A program made the position numbers and the translations under genes. From a virus (Duplodnaviria; Caudoviricetes): a stretch of DNA of 64,000 bases. Positions 35,618-50,600 of the stretch are shown piece after piece (positions within the stretch are counted from its first letter, which is position 1; each line of letters opens with the position of its first letter). Below the pieces are notes generated by a model. It was not told where the DNA came from, did no database searches, and saw only the letters and a list, made by a program, of their open reading frames with translations. The stretch lies in IMG/VR virus record IMGVR_UViG_2893967813_000002, positions 12,653 to 76,652 of that record, one strand, 5' to 3'.

Positions 35618-38600
35618 GTTTACGGGTGAGGTTTATTTCATCTATCATTTCTTTTTTGACTTCGTTCAACTCGGCTTCGATGTCCTTGCGTTCCTCGTCA
35701 CTGATTGCTTCTTTCAATTCATTGTAGAGGTCGTCAATGTCTTCACGATAATCCTCGAAAATTTCGTAACGCTCGTATTCGGGTGAGTTGTAGAGGAAAT
35801 CAATTTTTTCCGCATAGTCAAATATGCCGTTGTCGGTATCTTCCTCATAGTGCTTCAACCGGGATTTCAATCGGTCATGTTCCTCTTTCAACCGGAAATA
35901 CTCATTGTTCACAGCCCTGTATTCGGTTCGTTCGTCCCCGGCTTTCACAAGTCGGTTTACCAACAGGATGCTGCGAGGGTCATACTCTCGGTCTCCTGCA
36001 ATGGTTTCTGCAGTCTTGCTCAACTTGTCGATTGTTCCGAACACACCTCCGAAATAACCGTTCAACATATATTCTATCTTTGCCGGGTTAAGGTCGATTG
36101 CTCCTTTTGTGTATGGGTCTCCGCCTGTTGCTTCGTTCATTACATTTGCAAGCCCAACAATGTATTTGTTGGCACTCTTGTATGCTTTTGTCCATTCGGG
36201 CATATCCTTATTCCAAGGTGTGTTCTTATACAAAGGCATACCTGTCCAACTCTTTTCCGCTACGTAGGCTTCCCACAAAGGTTTGTAGGCACTCGGCACA
36301 AAGGCGTTCAGTCCTCCACCGCCCTCCAAGAAATCAATCGGCAATATCTGTGTCGCCTGTCCTGCAATGGATTCTGCTATTTCTCCGCCTGTAAGATGTT
36401 CCTTCCCGTTAAGCAGAAATCATCAGTTCTCCCATACCGTAAACAGCCCTGTATTCTACCGGAAGAGGAATGGATACCCAACTATTTCCTGCCCTGAAAA
36501 GAATATTGCTGCGCCTTACATATTCGGGAAGATTGTAGTATGCGTTCTTGTCATCATCGTCATCATCATCGCCACCTAAGTAGGCCACAATGGCACCAAG
36601 AAGGAATATCGCTGCAATACCTGTAAAAGCTTTGGCAGGGTGGCGTTTCATCTGCCGTCCGAAGTTTGCCGTACCTTGAATGGCGGCATTCCAAAAGACA
36701 TAGCCGCTACGACCAAGTCCCGATACCAATGCACTGGCATTACCAGTCTTTGTCTGCCCTGTACTGTCATAGAATTTTGCTCCGCTGCCTTTCTTGTTGA
36801 AGTTTACGCTTATCTCCTTTGCATCATAGATGGCTCTGTCTATGCTTCTGCCCATTTCACGTGATGTCATGAAAGCGGCAAAACGGGCGCTGTTCTCGAC
36901 TGCCCGGTTGTATTCATCAAAGCGTTCACCCAACAAGTCCCATGCTTTTTTTACAGGAATCTTGCCGTTCGATTTTTTCAGTTCCCTGCGTATGTCGTTT
37001 TTATGCTGTTCAATGTCCCGGATATTGGCATAGCCTGTTTCTCCTCCGTTCATCATGAACTGATGAAACATCGCTTCCGTCTTGTTACCCATGTCAAGTG
37101 TCCCTTTTCGGTGCTTTGCCAAAAGTTGCTTTATCCTTACAGGGTTGGCATACATATAATTTCGATGAAAACGCAGTGCGTAGTTCGGGCTTTCCCTTAT
37201 CCAAGTCATGGTGTTGGTGTATAGCATATCTCGCATGAAGTTCGATACGATGAAGTCCGGGTTGCGTGTGGTATAGAACGCACTCAACTGTCGGTTGATG
37301 TTTTCTCCGGCACGGAGAATAGCCCCGATTGCTCCCGACATATCGTTATCGGGATTTGTCTGTCCGTTCAATGCCTGTGCCGCACGAGGATTGCCGTTTA
37401 TGGTAATCACATAATCCCTGCCGCCACGTTTCACTACAATTTGGTGCTGCCTCATATCCCGGCTTTCCACAATACGATAAGGAATATTCACGGTATCCTT
37501 GCCGTGCTTGTACCGGTCAGGATATTGCTGCGCCAATGACTCCATTTTAGTTTCAAAGTCCAGCATCTTCCGGTCCACCACTTCGGGAGTATCTGTACTG
37601 TCTATGTTGTCAGGAAACACTGGCTTCCATTCGTTGGCCACCGCATCGTATTCTACCCAAATGTCGCTCACACTGGCAAGGTCGCTCGGATGGTTGAGGG
37701 CGAAATTAAGGAAACGCTGTTTTACCAATTTGTTTCGGTTGCCCTGCATGATAGCACCTTCAGCCATTGATTGCAGATTGGCAAACGGGTCATCAGCTTT
37801 CGACCTACGTCCTTCCGCTTTCTTGATAGGAGCATTGAATGCACTTTGCTTGTGCGTCAGATATGCGTATGCTTCAGAGCTGGTCTTTTCGTCAAAACCT
37901 CGTAACGGAATGTAAAAATCATACATACCTGAAATCTTGTCAAATGTCGATTTGCTCATCATGCCACATTCGTATGACTTTGAAAGTATTGCTTTGCTCA
38001 CTGCATTGACTTTTTCCCAAAGGTCGGCAGTGTCGTGTGCCTGTTCGTAATCATCAATCATCAGCTGCGCTTCCGCTTCTGCATCAGCGACATTATCCAT
38101 ACCTGTAAGGGCTGTAAGTCCGGCATAGTCGGTTTGGTCTGCATTGGTTGCCCCATTATTGATTGCTTCATTACGCATATATGTATTGCGTTCAAGTCCG
38201 TGTTTCGCCATCATGTAATCGGTCAATTCCTCACGCTCTGCCTCAGTCCGGGCGAGTTTGGCAACTTCATCAAGCATTGGCTTGAACAGGGTGTGGGCAA
38301 AGGCATCTGCTTCGGCTTTGTTCACACTTGACAGACGGTTTTCTCCCAAGTATGCGTTTTCAAATCCGTCCACATCCTCAATGTTTGTTTCCTTGCCAAG
38401 GATTGCAGTCATGGCTTCTTTCAAGCCGAGCATACTGTCCTGTAATGCTTCCTGTGATTGGAACATGCCGCTTTTCACACGCCTTTCATAACGGTCACGG
38501 GCCAACTCCCTTTCATGTCTTTCCGGGTCGCCGTCACGGTACAGGGCATCATCGTTTTCGGCAACTGTCTGACGATGTGGGTCGGCAACCGCATAATTGC

Positions 38601-41600
38601 CTACTTTCAGTTCATACTGCTTTGCCACATCGGAGGCTTCTCCCAATATGCTTCTATATCTGCCCGGCTCTGCAAGGTTCTCGTAGCTTCGCCACAAGAT
38701 GTAGCGAAGTTCGTTATCCGATAGAGTAACCCCTCTGAAATCTTCAAAGCCTATCTTATGGAGCATATTCAGGAAGAAATCCTTTATCTGCCGCCACCAA
38801 CCTGCATTGATATTTTCAAATTCGGTATCTTCGGCAAGCGAAGCCAGATATTCTTCGGTAGCCTTACGGAAATCCCAACCGTTTTTTGCAGCCATATCTA
38901 CAATGCGTCTGCGAATGCTTTCTTCTGCATTGTTGAATACATTATCGAGGAATGTATCAAAATGTTCGCCGAACAACTGGCGCAAACCATAATGCGCCAC
39001 AGCCTCATGCAGCAGTGTCTGTTCTACATCAAACGTACTTGTATGGTTGGGAATGACAATGGTTATCTTCCCTGTACTCTTCGAGTAGAAGCCTTTTGCA
39101 CGCTGTTTCTTGCCCTCCAAAGTGCTTGCATCAGTAACGACCTCAACATTGTCAAGATGCAGCTTCTTTGCAAATTTCTCGACACGTTCAGCCATTCTCC
39201 TACGCTCACGCTCGGCAAACTCTCTGCGCTGTTTTCTCGTTCCTCTCGGTTTGCCAAGAGCCTTTGAAACAGGGTCGCTCTCCATTGCCAACTCATCATC
39301 AGTATATGTTCCTACACCATCACGATAGTCGTTGGCAATCTCTGCATTGAGAGCGTTAATCTGCTCGTCTGTAATAGCACCGTCCTGTCTGCGTTGAGGC
39401 TCACGACCTGCTGCCTTTACCAATTTGTCCACTTCCGTAGGAGTGAGCAGACGGTTTACACGCATTGCGCCTGTGATTATCCACGGGTCTGTCTCGGGGT
39501 TTGGATTGGTACGATAGGTATATGCACCATTTTCCGGCACTCTCGCAAACCTGCATAGCTATGTTGGAACTTGCCATTCTGATTGTAGCCATAACTCATA
39601 GCCTCCTCTTGGTAGTCCACATCGTTAGCATATTCTACCTCTGCCCATACAAAGTTTGCAGGGAACAATGTGCGCTCGCCGTTCTCATCATTGCGGTTGA
39701 ACTGCAAAGCGTATGGAATTTCACCCAAGTGCCAACCGGGGCGATAGGCAAGTTTGCCACTTCCGCCCTGTGTACCTTTGCCGCCGGCCTTAACCTGTGA
39801 ACGTCCTGTCTTGCTCTGTCCTGCAATAGGAGCTGCATCTGCATCAAGCCATACGCCAACAGGTGTAGCCTCGCCATTAGGGTTGGCTACCATTGGTGGA
39901 TAAAGTTCGCCGTTCTTCAACACGAATACCTTGTAACCGATACCTGTGTTGATTGGTGCTGCTTCCTCACGGATACGATACATAGTATCATCACTGCGAT
40001 ACAAAGTGTCGTCATCCTCATCGGTCTTTTCAAGATTATCAGCAGCCTCAACAGAAGCATCCATTTCTGCGTACTTGGCTTCTTTTTCCTCCAACTCTTT
40101 CTTCATCTTCTCGGCATAGTCATCGTATTGCTCACGAGCCTGTGCCAATTCTGCCTCATACTCAAAAGGCTTGCCCTCTCTTGACAACAACTGCTCCAAC
40201 TCTGCTTCGTTGTGTTTCTTGTTGCGGTGTGCCGCCTCTAAACGCTCAGCAAAGTCTCTGCCTGTAATCACGTTCTTGGTAATATCCTCAATCGCATTAC
40301 GAAGCAGGTTTTGACGTACAGGAATATCCTCTATGCCAAGTTCCGGGCAAGAGTAGTGCATTTTGCGCTCTACATCATTGAACAGGGTCGCACCGTCACG
40401 AACAGTCTGCCTTGTCAATTTGGTGGTAACAACAAATGAGAAGTCGCCAATCTTTATAGTCAGCTCTCGTTTCTGCTCGCCTGCAATCTCGCCGTCTTTC
40501 ATCTGCTTCATTTCGGCAAGGACACTCTTGTTGTGTTCCTTGAAGAAATCTTCCATTGCCTCAACAGAAGCAAAACGATGTTTGCCAATGATGATTTCGG
40601 TAAACTTGCCATCGGGGAATGCTGATTGTACGGCTTCCAAATATCGGCTATTATCCTCTATTCGTTTCTCGGCATCCTTGATAAAGGCTTTAATCCTCGG
40701 CTTCGCATTGTGGATATAGGTTTGGTCTGCCTCCCATTGCTTTTTACGGCTTGCATACTTGCGGACATTCTTTTCTGCATTGTTTTTCAACATTGCATAC
40801 TCGCTGCCGGAGAGCTGCGCCACGGTATCGCCGAACACATCTTCTTCCTCCTCAAGCACACGATTTGTCATACTGTTCGCCATCATCTGCTTGCCGTTCA
40901 TAATGCTGTCAGCAATAGCACCCTTTGTTTTCAGTCGTTGGTATGCTGTAACGTCCAAGCTATCCTCAACACCGAAACGCAACACACGAACAGGCTTGCC
41001 CATTGCTTTATGCAGGTTGCCCTGTCGCAAGATACGTCCATTGCGCTGTGTGTAGTCCATTGGGCGGTTAGGTGCGTCCAAGTGTATCAATGTGTGCAGA
41101 CGCTCCTGTATGTTCACACCTGTACCAAGAGTAAAGGTAGAGCCAAGTATCACACGAACTTCACCACGGTTTACCTTCTCGAAGATTTCAAGTTTCTTCT
41201 TGACGGTCATTCCCGACTTCATTACAACAATCTCATCGGCAGGAACACCCTCGGCAATCAGTTTGGCACGAATATCCTCATACAGATTGAAACCACTCTC
41301 TTTGTTCTGATAGTTATCAGCAAAGATGGCAACTGTTCCCTTGTAGTCGGCAGTTTCTTTCAGTGAACGCAGTGTTTGCCTTACCGCCTCATTGGTCTTG
41401 CTGTGTGCATCGTCCTCTGCATCGGATTGTACCAAGCGAGCATCAACGGCTGCGGCTTTGGCAATACCATACATAGTGAGTGGAATATGGCTGTTCTCTT
41501 TCTTCTCCTTGCCGCTCATCTTGTCGTATTCTTCAAGTTGAGCCTTGACGAACTTCATAATGCTACGCAAAGCACGTGTCTGTGGCAGGTAGAGGTCTTG

Positions 41601-44600
41601 CGCCTTGCTTTCTTCCATCTCGGGTATCTTATCGCTTACGCCTCCTGCTTCCCTTGTGAGAACGGTATCAGATACGCCCGACCATATACGCACCAACTCG
41701 GGGAGGTTTACATAACCTGCAAAGCGGTTGTTCTCCTTGAACTTTCCGCTTGTGGTGAACTCCAACATCTGCTGAATGTTTCCGAAGTTGCGTACAAAAT
41801 CATCGAAATAGTAGATACCGTATTCCTCCATAGTGTCGGCAGGCATCAGATAGCGCATAAACGTCCATATCTCGGCTGCTGTGTTGCTTATAGGTGTACC
41901 TGTGGCGAAGATTACGTTTCGTCCGTTGTTCTTCTCCAATACAGCCTGTGTCTTCAAGTACACGCCTTGCGACTTCTTGCTGTATGACGGGTCCACACCC
42001 TTAACACCACGCTGCATAGCGGTGGCAAATCCGAGGTGCTTGTATTCGTGTGCCTCATCAATGAGCAGGGCATCAATACCCATATCATCGAAGTTCTCGA
42101 CATCATCAGTCCTGCGGTCGAGCATTTCCATTGCCTTGACTTCTGCGTTCTGCAATGCAACAGCACGTTTCTTCTCATCTGCGGCAGTACGTTTCTTTGC
42201 ACTCTCATCACTCAACCCTGCAAGTTGTTCCTCCAACAGTTCGATTTCTCTTTCAGCCTGTCGGGTAATCATACTCTTGCCGTTAGGGTCTGCCTCTTTC
42301 ATCTTCTCAAGCACAAGCATTTTCTCCTCAATCTTCGACTGAACGAATGCCATTTGTCGCTCCTCGCTGTCTGGGATAAACTCAAATGTAGATTGAGGCA
42401 CTACAATCATATCCCAATCATTGTAGCGTATCTTGGCATAGAAGTTCTTTCTTCCCTCTGCGCTGCGGTCTGCTTCTTCGAGGGTCAAAATCTTTGCATT
42501 GGGGTAGAGTTCCTTTGCACTTGCAACAAACTGTCCTACGGTGGCATTCTGCACCACAATCATAGGTTTGCGTGCAGTACCCAAGCGGCGCATCTCCATT
42601 GCAGTTGATATAAGAGTGAATGTCTTACCTGTACCAACCTCGTGAGCAAGCAACAACGGCTGCATCGTTCCCCTTACAATGGCTCTGCCTTGATGTGGGC
42701 GCATCTTGAACTTGTGCGATGCACCGCCGAAGTATTCCGGCACAAAGTCATCGGGTATGCTCATAGGCACATAGTTGTTGAACGTGTCGTTATAGATACG
42801 CTCCATACGCTCGCTCATTTCCGCATCACTCTGCATCTTCTGCCTTGCCCACTCCTTGAAGTCCTGACGTATCTCGTCAATCTTGGCAGCACAAGCCTGT
42901 GTCGCCTCCTTGTCGGTAATGGTCTCGGTAGAACCGTCCCAATTCTTCTTAACGGTAGAAACGGTGATGCTTCTGTTCTGAATGGCTGCTTCAATAAGGG
43001 TGTGTCCCATAACGGTACGACCGAGCATTTCGCTTGTAACGCCCATAGCACGGTTCTTCTCGTAGTTGGTAAAATATGGTTCATTCATAAACCAAGTACC
43101 GCCTACGGCTGTGAATTGCACGCCTACCTCGGTGCGCTCTTTCACATATTCCTCGTACATCTTCGGCTCTATCCAAGAACTACCCAGAGTGAAGTCAATC
43201 AAGTGGGCAGGAATATCCATAGGAACAACCTCCTGCAATGCCTTGATATTGCTGTCATACTCGCCGTTCTCGTTGTTCTCCTGTGCTTGGCGCAGTTTCT
43301 CACGCACATTGCCGCTCAAATACTGATAAGAAACCTCTATCTGTCGGGTAGTAGGGTCTTCAAATCCGTAACCGCTCTCGATGATTTCTTTCTTAACGGC
43401 TTCCTCGCTCTGTCCGAGCTGCTCTGCAATGTATGGAACATCAACACGACCGAACTTGAAGATACTTGCGATGATACCGTCCTTTACATTGGTTGGGGTC
43501 GGCTCTTTCTCTTTCTCGACAACACGTTTGCTGAATACATCGGTCTTGCCGAACTTCTGTACCTTGTTGCCCTTTGCATCGGCTGTTTCTTCAAACTTTT
43601 CAAGAGCAAACACGTTGGCATAGTCCACATCGTTGCGGAGGAACGCAATAGCGGTGTTCTTGTTGAAATGTCCGTAAGTGGCTACAAAATCATCATAAGC
43701 CTTGTTGAGTTTGGCAAGCAAAGGCTTCAAACCCTTGTCATCATCATTGTTGGTTTGGTAATCGAGAACTTCTGCAAGTGCTTCCTTGATGGCGGTGTAT
43801 GCCTCAAAGCATTCAACCTTTGTGTGTCCCTTTACCTTGTTGGCATTCACTTCGAGGGGCTGTGCAGCACCGATGGCGTTGATATACAACTTTCCGTCAC
43901 TAATGAACACCTCACCAATCTTCTTGCCGGGTATTGCATCAATAACCTCAATCTCATCAGTAGCCTTGTCGCCAAATTCCTCTGCGGTGAACGACTGAAC
44001 GAACTCTGCCAACATCTGCTCCTGCTTCTTATCCTGTTTAGGATACAAGCCCTTGCTTGTCGGACGGAATGTGTCGCCCTTTTCAAAGGCGAAGTGCATT
44101 TCACCTGCCATATTCTCGGGGTGTTCAATGAAATACTGATTGTAGTCCATTGAAAGCTGCTTCACAACAGGAACAATTTGCCCATTTTTCTTGCGTGTTT
44201 CGCCTGTGTTGTACTCTGCCATACGCTCACCCGAAACGTTGCTTACATCAATAGCGTGGGCAGACTTCTTGCCGTTCACACGCTTGCGAATGACAATGAT
44301 GTCCGAGGTTACACCTGTACCGCCGAAAGTCTTGTTGTGCATACGGAACGCACCAACAAAGTCTGCGCCTCCCTCATTCACAATCCAATCACGTAGTTTC
44401 TTGCTACTGTCAAGCGTACCATTGGACGTGATGAAGATACCCAAACCACCCTCACGCAGTTTGCGCACATTCTTCGCTATACAGAAATCGTGTATGTTGT
44501 GGAATTTCTTTGACAGGTCTTTGTCGCCTGTGGTATCGTTCACACGCAAACCTGTTACAAACGGAACATTGGTAATAGCCAAGTCCACGCTACCATTGGC

Positions 44601-47600
44601 AATGCGTGTCTGCTCAAAACCCTGTATCTCCACCTTTGCATCGGGATACAAGAGAGAGAGAATGCCGCCCGATGTACCGTCAATCTCAATGGCGTGAATA
44701 TCGCTTTGCTCGCTGATGTGAGTAGGCATCTGTCCCAAGATGTTACCGATACCTGCCGAGCCTTCAAGAATGTTGCCGCCCTTGAAGCCCATTTGCTCTG
44801 CAATATCCCAAAGAGTATCTACAACGTATGCAGGGGTGTAATATGCACTATTGGCACTCATCACCGCCTCCTGGTATGCAGCCTCTCCAAGCAATTCACG
44901 AAGTCGCTTTGCGATATTGTTGGGGGCGTAGTATGTTCCCTCGCTGAAAACCTTACCTAAACCGCCCCAACCGCTGAACTTGCGGAGGGTCTGCATCTGC
45001 TTCTTGGTAGCCTGTTCGCCGCTCTCAATGAGTTGCTGCGCCAACTCGATAGCCTTTATATTAGCTTCGATACGTGCATCTACGGAAGTAGGGGCGTGGT
45101 CTTTGCCTCGCTCTGAATGGTTGTTGCGAGTGTTCTTTGGCTCGGTTACGGTGTCTGAAAGTCGAGGTCGCACAGTCCTATCGACTGCATCGCCTGTTCT
45201 TTTTCCTCCGAGGTCAGTTCCTCGACTGTCTTGTTGATTGTTTTCGCTACTTGTTTCAGTGCCTCTTGATAATCCTTGCTCGTGTCGATTACCGTTGGCT
45301 GACACTCCTTCGGAGCGTTCTGCATCAGTTCTCTGTAATCCATTTTCGTTGTTCGTTTCGTTATCAAATAAGCTGTCAAACAAACCCAACTCGCTTGACT
45401 GCTGTGAATTTACTGCTTTTTTCTCGTTCTTTTTACGTGCAGGGCGGCTTTTTTTGATGCGTTCCTGTGCAATCTCTGCCTCTTGTTCCACCTCCGCCTC
45501 TCTCGTTACGGTTTCGGCAGTGGCAAGTGCATCAATGCTTGTCTTGCCGAAATTCGCCACGTCAAACTTCTGTACCTCATCGTATGGAGTCATGTCGGCA
45601 TCCAGTCCGTTTTCTGCCACCTCCGGCAAATCCCTCGCACCATTATAGAACGCTTTGAGGTATGGGCGTATGGCATCGCCCAAGTCTGCAATCATGGCTG
45701 TTGCATACTCGGCAAATTTGCGTGTGCCTTTCTCGATATGATAGACAGCCATTTCCGTACCGATGGCAAGTGTTTCCGGGTCTATTCCCATATTCATTTG
45801 ACCGAGCAACTTCTTGCGCATACGCTCACGGAGTTCTGCATAACGTTCATCGGTAACAAGACGATTGCCACTCGGATTATTTTCCGACTTAGATTCTTGC
45901 TCTGTGGCTTCCGCTTTTTCTGTACGTACAATCTCCCTAATCTTAACCTTGTTTCAAGAATGGTTTCAACAGCGTCACGCAGTTCCTGATTAAAATTCTT
46001 GGGATTACGTACAATCTCCAACATTTCTTCAGGACTGTTTGCAGTATAATTGAAACGTCCATCCCCGATAGGGATAGGTCCGCTCACATCATCACGCTTC
46101 AATGTGGTTAATCCCGTTTTCTTATCAACAGAAACAGAATATTGCCATACAGGGGTGTATTCCTGTCTTTCTTCCGGCTTTGATGTTTCCGAAAGTTGAG
46201 GTTCTGCAAACTGCACATTACCGTCATTGACAGCCTGCATATCAGACATTGAGACAGGCGGTTGTGATTGTGCATCAGTTGCATATTCTGCCAAGCGTTC
46301 AGCATCTTCCTTGCTCCGCATCATGAAGCCTTGCTTTTCCTTATCCCACCAGCCTTTCAGTTGTTTGGCAAACATTGTGGTGTGCTTCCGAACAGTATCT
46401 CTTAATTCATCATTAAACTTCACAAGGTGCATATCCAACACCTTACCTCTTTTGGTGGTGTATTGTGCCTGAGTAATGGTGTATGCAGCATCAGTCGGTG
46501 TTGTCGTTTCTTCATTGAAATTGTTTTGTTCCAATTTCCGCTGTTCAGTAAAGAGGTCGTTTATTTCGGAAATAATGCGGGCTTCCTCAAATATATCACT
46601 CTGACCATGTGCGGCTTCTTGTTCCTTGTGCAGTTCTTCAATGCGTGATTTGATTTCAGAAAGTCTGTTGACTTGTGTACTTGAACTCTGTTCCTCAACA
46701 CTTTTAACTGATTTGTATTCAGCAAACGCTTTAGTCTTACGGTGGCTACTATCTATCCACTTCTCGAAATCCTCTAAGTTGACACCGGTCACCACTGTCT
46801 TGTGTTTCTTCGCCCAGTCGTTGTCATAATTCGCAAAGTAAGCTGCTTCGGCATCGTCAGTCTCATTGAAACCAAGCATTACCTTATGCTCATCAAAGCT
46901 GCCGTCCTCATTATACTGGTCCACCACGAACACCCTGCGTCCGTTCCAAGCGTCAATATCATCAGAGAGGAACACGTCTATGTGGTCTCCATCCACGCCC
47001 TCCGTGCCACGAATGTAGCCGTAGGTGTTCTGCATGGTTGTTTCCCACTTATTGCCGTTGGCATCCACACCGCTGCGCACACTGCCTTTAGGTTGCTCGA
47101 TAGTAATATCGAACACCCCGACCTGCACATGACCTTTCTTATAATTTCCGGCTTCTTTCTGCGCTTCGGTCGGATTTACATCAACTTCCGCTTCTGCCGC
47201 TGCAATTTTTTCTCCTAACTCACTGCTTTTAACAGAATTATTTGTACCTTTGCTATCAGAAAGCATAGTGGTTTGAGGCGCATCCGTGCCCTCGGTAGCG
47301 AGGTCAGACACATTCCCTTGCGGCGAGTATAAGCCTTGTTCCATGTCTGAGGCATCAGAAACATTATCGGCGTGTTTCCAAACCATTTTTCCTTTAGTAA
47401 GGAGGTTCGCAATGGCGTTCCTCCTTTTTTCTTGGTTGGAAACAACTACCTCTTTACCGTCTTTGCTGACTGTGATTGAAGTGAAATAATAATACCGAGA
47501 ACCGTCAGCTTTTTTAAATGAACGTATGAATACATAGGAAGATGGACGTTCTGTAGTATCTCCCTCTTTGGCTTCACTAACATCTTCTATGATAGCATGA

Positions 47601-50600
47601 GGATGTTCAAGTGTAGGTTTAATCATACCCAATTTACCATTTCTGCCTTGTCGCATCAATTTTGTAAATTGGTTTTCACCCATTTTTACATTGCCTATCG
47701 GTGTTGTGACGATACCATCTTCACCGAATAGGGCATCCCAGTTTTCAATAGTGAGGTCTATTTCAGGAGCAATTTCAGCACTCAATTCCATATCTGCAAT
47801 GAAGTCTTGTGCTTCATCCGCAGTCATGGAACGGCCAATTACTTCCGTTGCATCATTTTCCTCTTCTTTATTTCCTCTATCTTCGCTCTCAACTCCGCTT
47901 CTTCCACCATCTCTTTCAATTCTTCCTCCACTGTCGGCTGTCCCATTTCCGTCCTCAACTCGTTCTCCTGCCGGAGCATCTCCCCAGCTTCCTTGCTGCC
48001 CTCGTTGGCCTGTTGCAGTATCGCCAACCAATACATTGCTTCGCTGTTGTCCATCGTAGATAATGTTTAATGTTTCGTAAATAGCCTGTGCAAGCGTCCG
48101 GGGAGTGTTGTCCGGCTGCTCGAACAGGGTTGCTTCCTGTGTGCCTTGAATAAGGTCATAGATTCTGTTAAATGTATTTTGGATAATGCCTTGGGTTTCT
48201 CCCTTGTACATCGTTGCCAAAAGCAATGCGAAGTTACTGAAATTATCGGCAGGGAGATAACTTTCGCCCGTTGCATCATCAATCTGGTATTGGTGTTTCC
48301 AACTTTCAACGGCTATCCGTGCCTCTTTGAAATTTTTCGCATCGGTAAATTGTTTGTCCTGCGACAAGGCATAATAAGCCCGGATTGAGTTCTGTATCTC
48401 CTCAACCATACGCTCTGCATTCGGACTGTCATAATCCCGGAATGCCGTTGCGAGAATAGCCTTTTGAGCCTTTACAGGCAACGCGTTGAACATTTCTTCA
48501 AGACGGACACTGCCACCCTTGAAAATGCTCTGATACATGATTCCACGCAAATCATTCTTGGCTTCGGCGGTCAGGTTACCCTTGCTGTCAAATGCGCTGC
48601 TGTATTGGGTCGGTGTGATGTAGCCTTTCTGCATCATCCATTTCAATACATTTGTACCGTTGGCATCCACGAGTCCTGCAAATGAAGTCTCCTCATCGCT
48701 CGAAGCAAGCAATAGGTTGGCGAACGAACGCATATCATTGCCCATCTTCTGCATGATGTTCTTGGGCTTTATACGTTCTATACCTCCGCTTTCTGTGTCC
48801 TGTGCGACAAACTGACCGAGATTGATAGCCTCGGTATCGTCCACTTCAAGCATATTAACGAGGACAGGACGTTCCACAGAATCAATATCCTCGGCACGCA
48901 ATCCAAATTCGTCTGCGTGGTCTTTCAGATACTGCTTGTACTGCTCTGCCTGGTCTTTGTGACCATACCACATCTGACGGAGTGCGTCACTTCGGTTGTT
49001 GCCCTGTATGACTTCCCCTCGTGCATTTATGGTAGGTGCGCCTGTATATGCAGTGACAGAAGATGTGATTTCTTCAGGACGAATGTTTCCGGCAATCTTT
49101 CGGGCAGACAATACGCTTGCTTCATCATTACGCTCCTTTGGCTGTGCCTCATCAATGAAGTGAAGCGGATTTCGCACACCTTGAACGTGACTCGGTTGCA
49201 ACAAGTTTGCATCAATCACGGATATACGACCGCCTACAATAGCATCATCACTGAATTTTACGGATACCTCCTTTCCCATCAATGCCTGTACAGGCTCTTG
49301 TCTGTCTATCTTATGACCGTTCATGCGTCTGTAACCTCTTGCCCGTGCATCCTGCGGCTTGTCGTCCACCATGTCCGGCACTCCGTTTAGGGCTTCACGC
49401 TCGATGCGTTCTACCTCCTCACGTTCGGCACGCAACTTTTCTTCTTCCGCCTTTCTCAATGCGGCTGCTTCATCGGCAATGCGTCTGCGTTCAGCATCCG
49501 CTTCCATTTTTCTGCGATTGGCGGTACCGGCTATCTTCTGCCAAACGAGCAATTCCTGTTTGGCCGCATCAATCGCCGCCTTGCGTTCTTTCTCGGAAGC
49601 AATTTTTTCGGCAATAGAATTACCGCCTTTCGATTTGGCTTTCTCCTGTTTCTTCAAGGCTTCTTCCTTGTCGGCAACCATTCCATCGGCTACAGTCTGT
49701 GCCATAGCCTCATCACCCTCGGTCTGTTCCACAATGGCATCCCAAGCTGTGTCGCTGTCGGCCTGCTCATATAATGGATTTCCCTGCTCATCCTTTGGTA
49801 TTCTCTGCATTGCAGGAATATTTTGATGGGCATTGTTATCATTTTCGGGAATATTTTCCGCACCATTGTTGCTCTCATTTTCGGCAGGATGTTCAAATGT
49901 CACTCCGTTATGCTCCAACAGCATATTGTCAAGTTCATCACGAGTGAACAGGTTCACACGCTTGCCGTTGATAGGAGCTTCGGTAAATACCTCATACTTG
50001 CCGTCCGCATCGGCATCTGCTGTGATATTGCCACGGACGGTAACACCGTTCTCATCGGTAAGCGAAACAATGTCATTGAGGGCGTATTGTGGTCTTTCAG
50101 CCTCTTGCATTTCCTGTTTCCGTTCGGTATTCTCAATGGTTCTCTGCTGCTCGAACTGCGCCACACGTGCCAAATTTGCCGCATCAGCCTGTTGCTGTAT
50201 GGTTTCTTTTGCCAACGGGAAGATATTCACGCCGTCACTCACGTTAACTGTGCCGTCCCCATTATCCACAATACCGTCTTCGTTGGCTACAATCTGAACC
50301 TGTATCTGTGCGTCATCTCCTGTAATGGTGTATGTATCGCCGGGGTTGAATGTAACCACACCGTCAATCTTGTCGGATGCTTCTTGTGCGAACTGTTGAA
50401 TGATAGCCTCCTCCGCTGTCATTTTCTCATCGGATGGGTTCAACGGTTCATCAATGTTCAATACGGCATCGGGCGACACCTGTTCGAGTGCGCCTGTTTC
50501 CGCATCACGGACAATGATGCTACCGTCCGAAGCCTGATTGTCAATGCTGCTGCCGTCTGCATATGGCACAAGGTTTCCACTCACGACATACACGCGGCGG

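Noticed and set aside
42642-44153. Long antisense ORFs such as 42642-44153 (+) and 51602-52531 (+)
   Set aside because: Shadow frames of the giant gene; no motifs or independent promoter.
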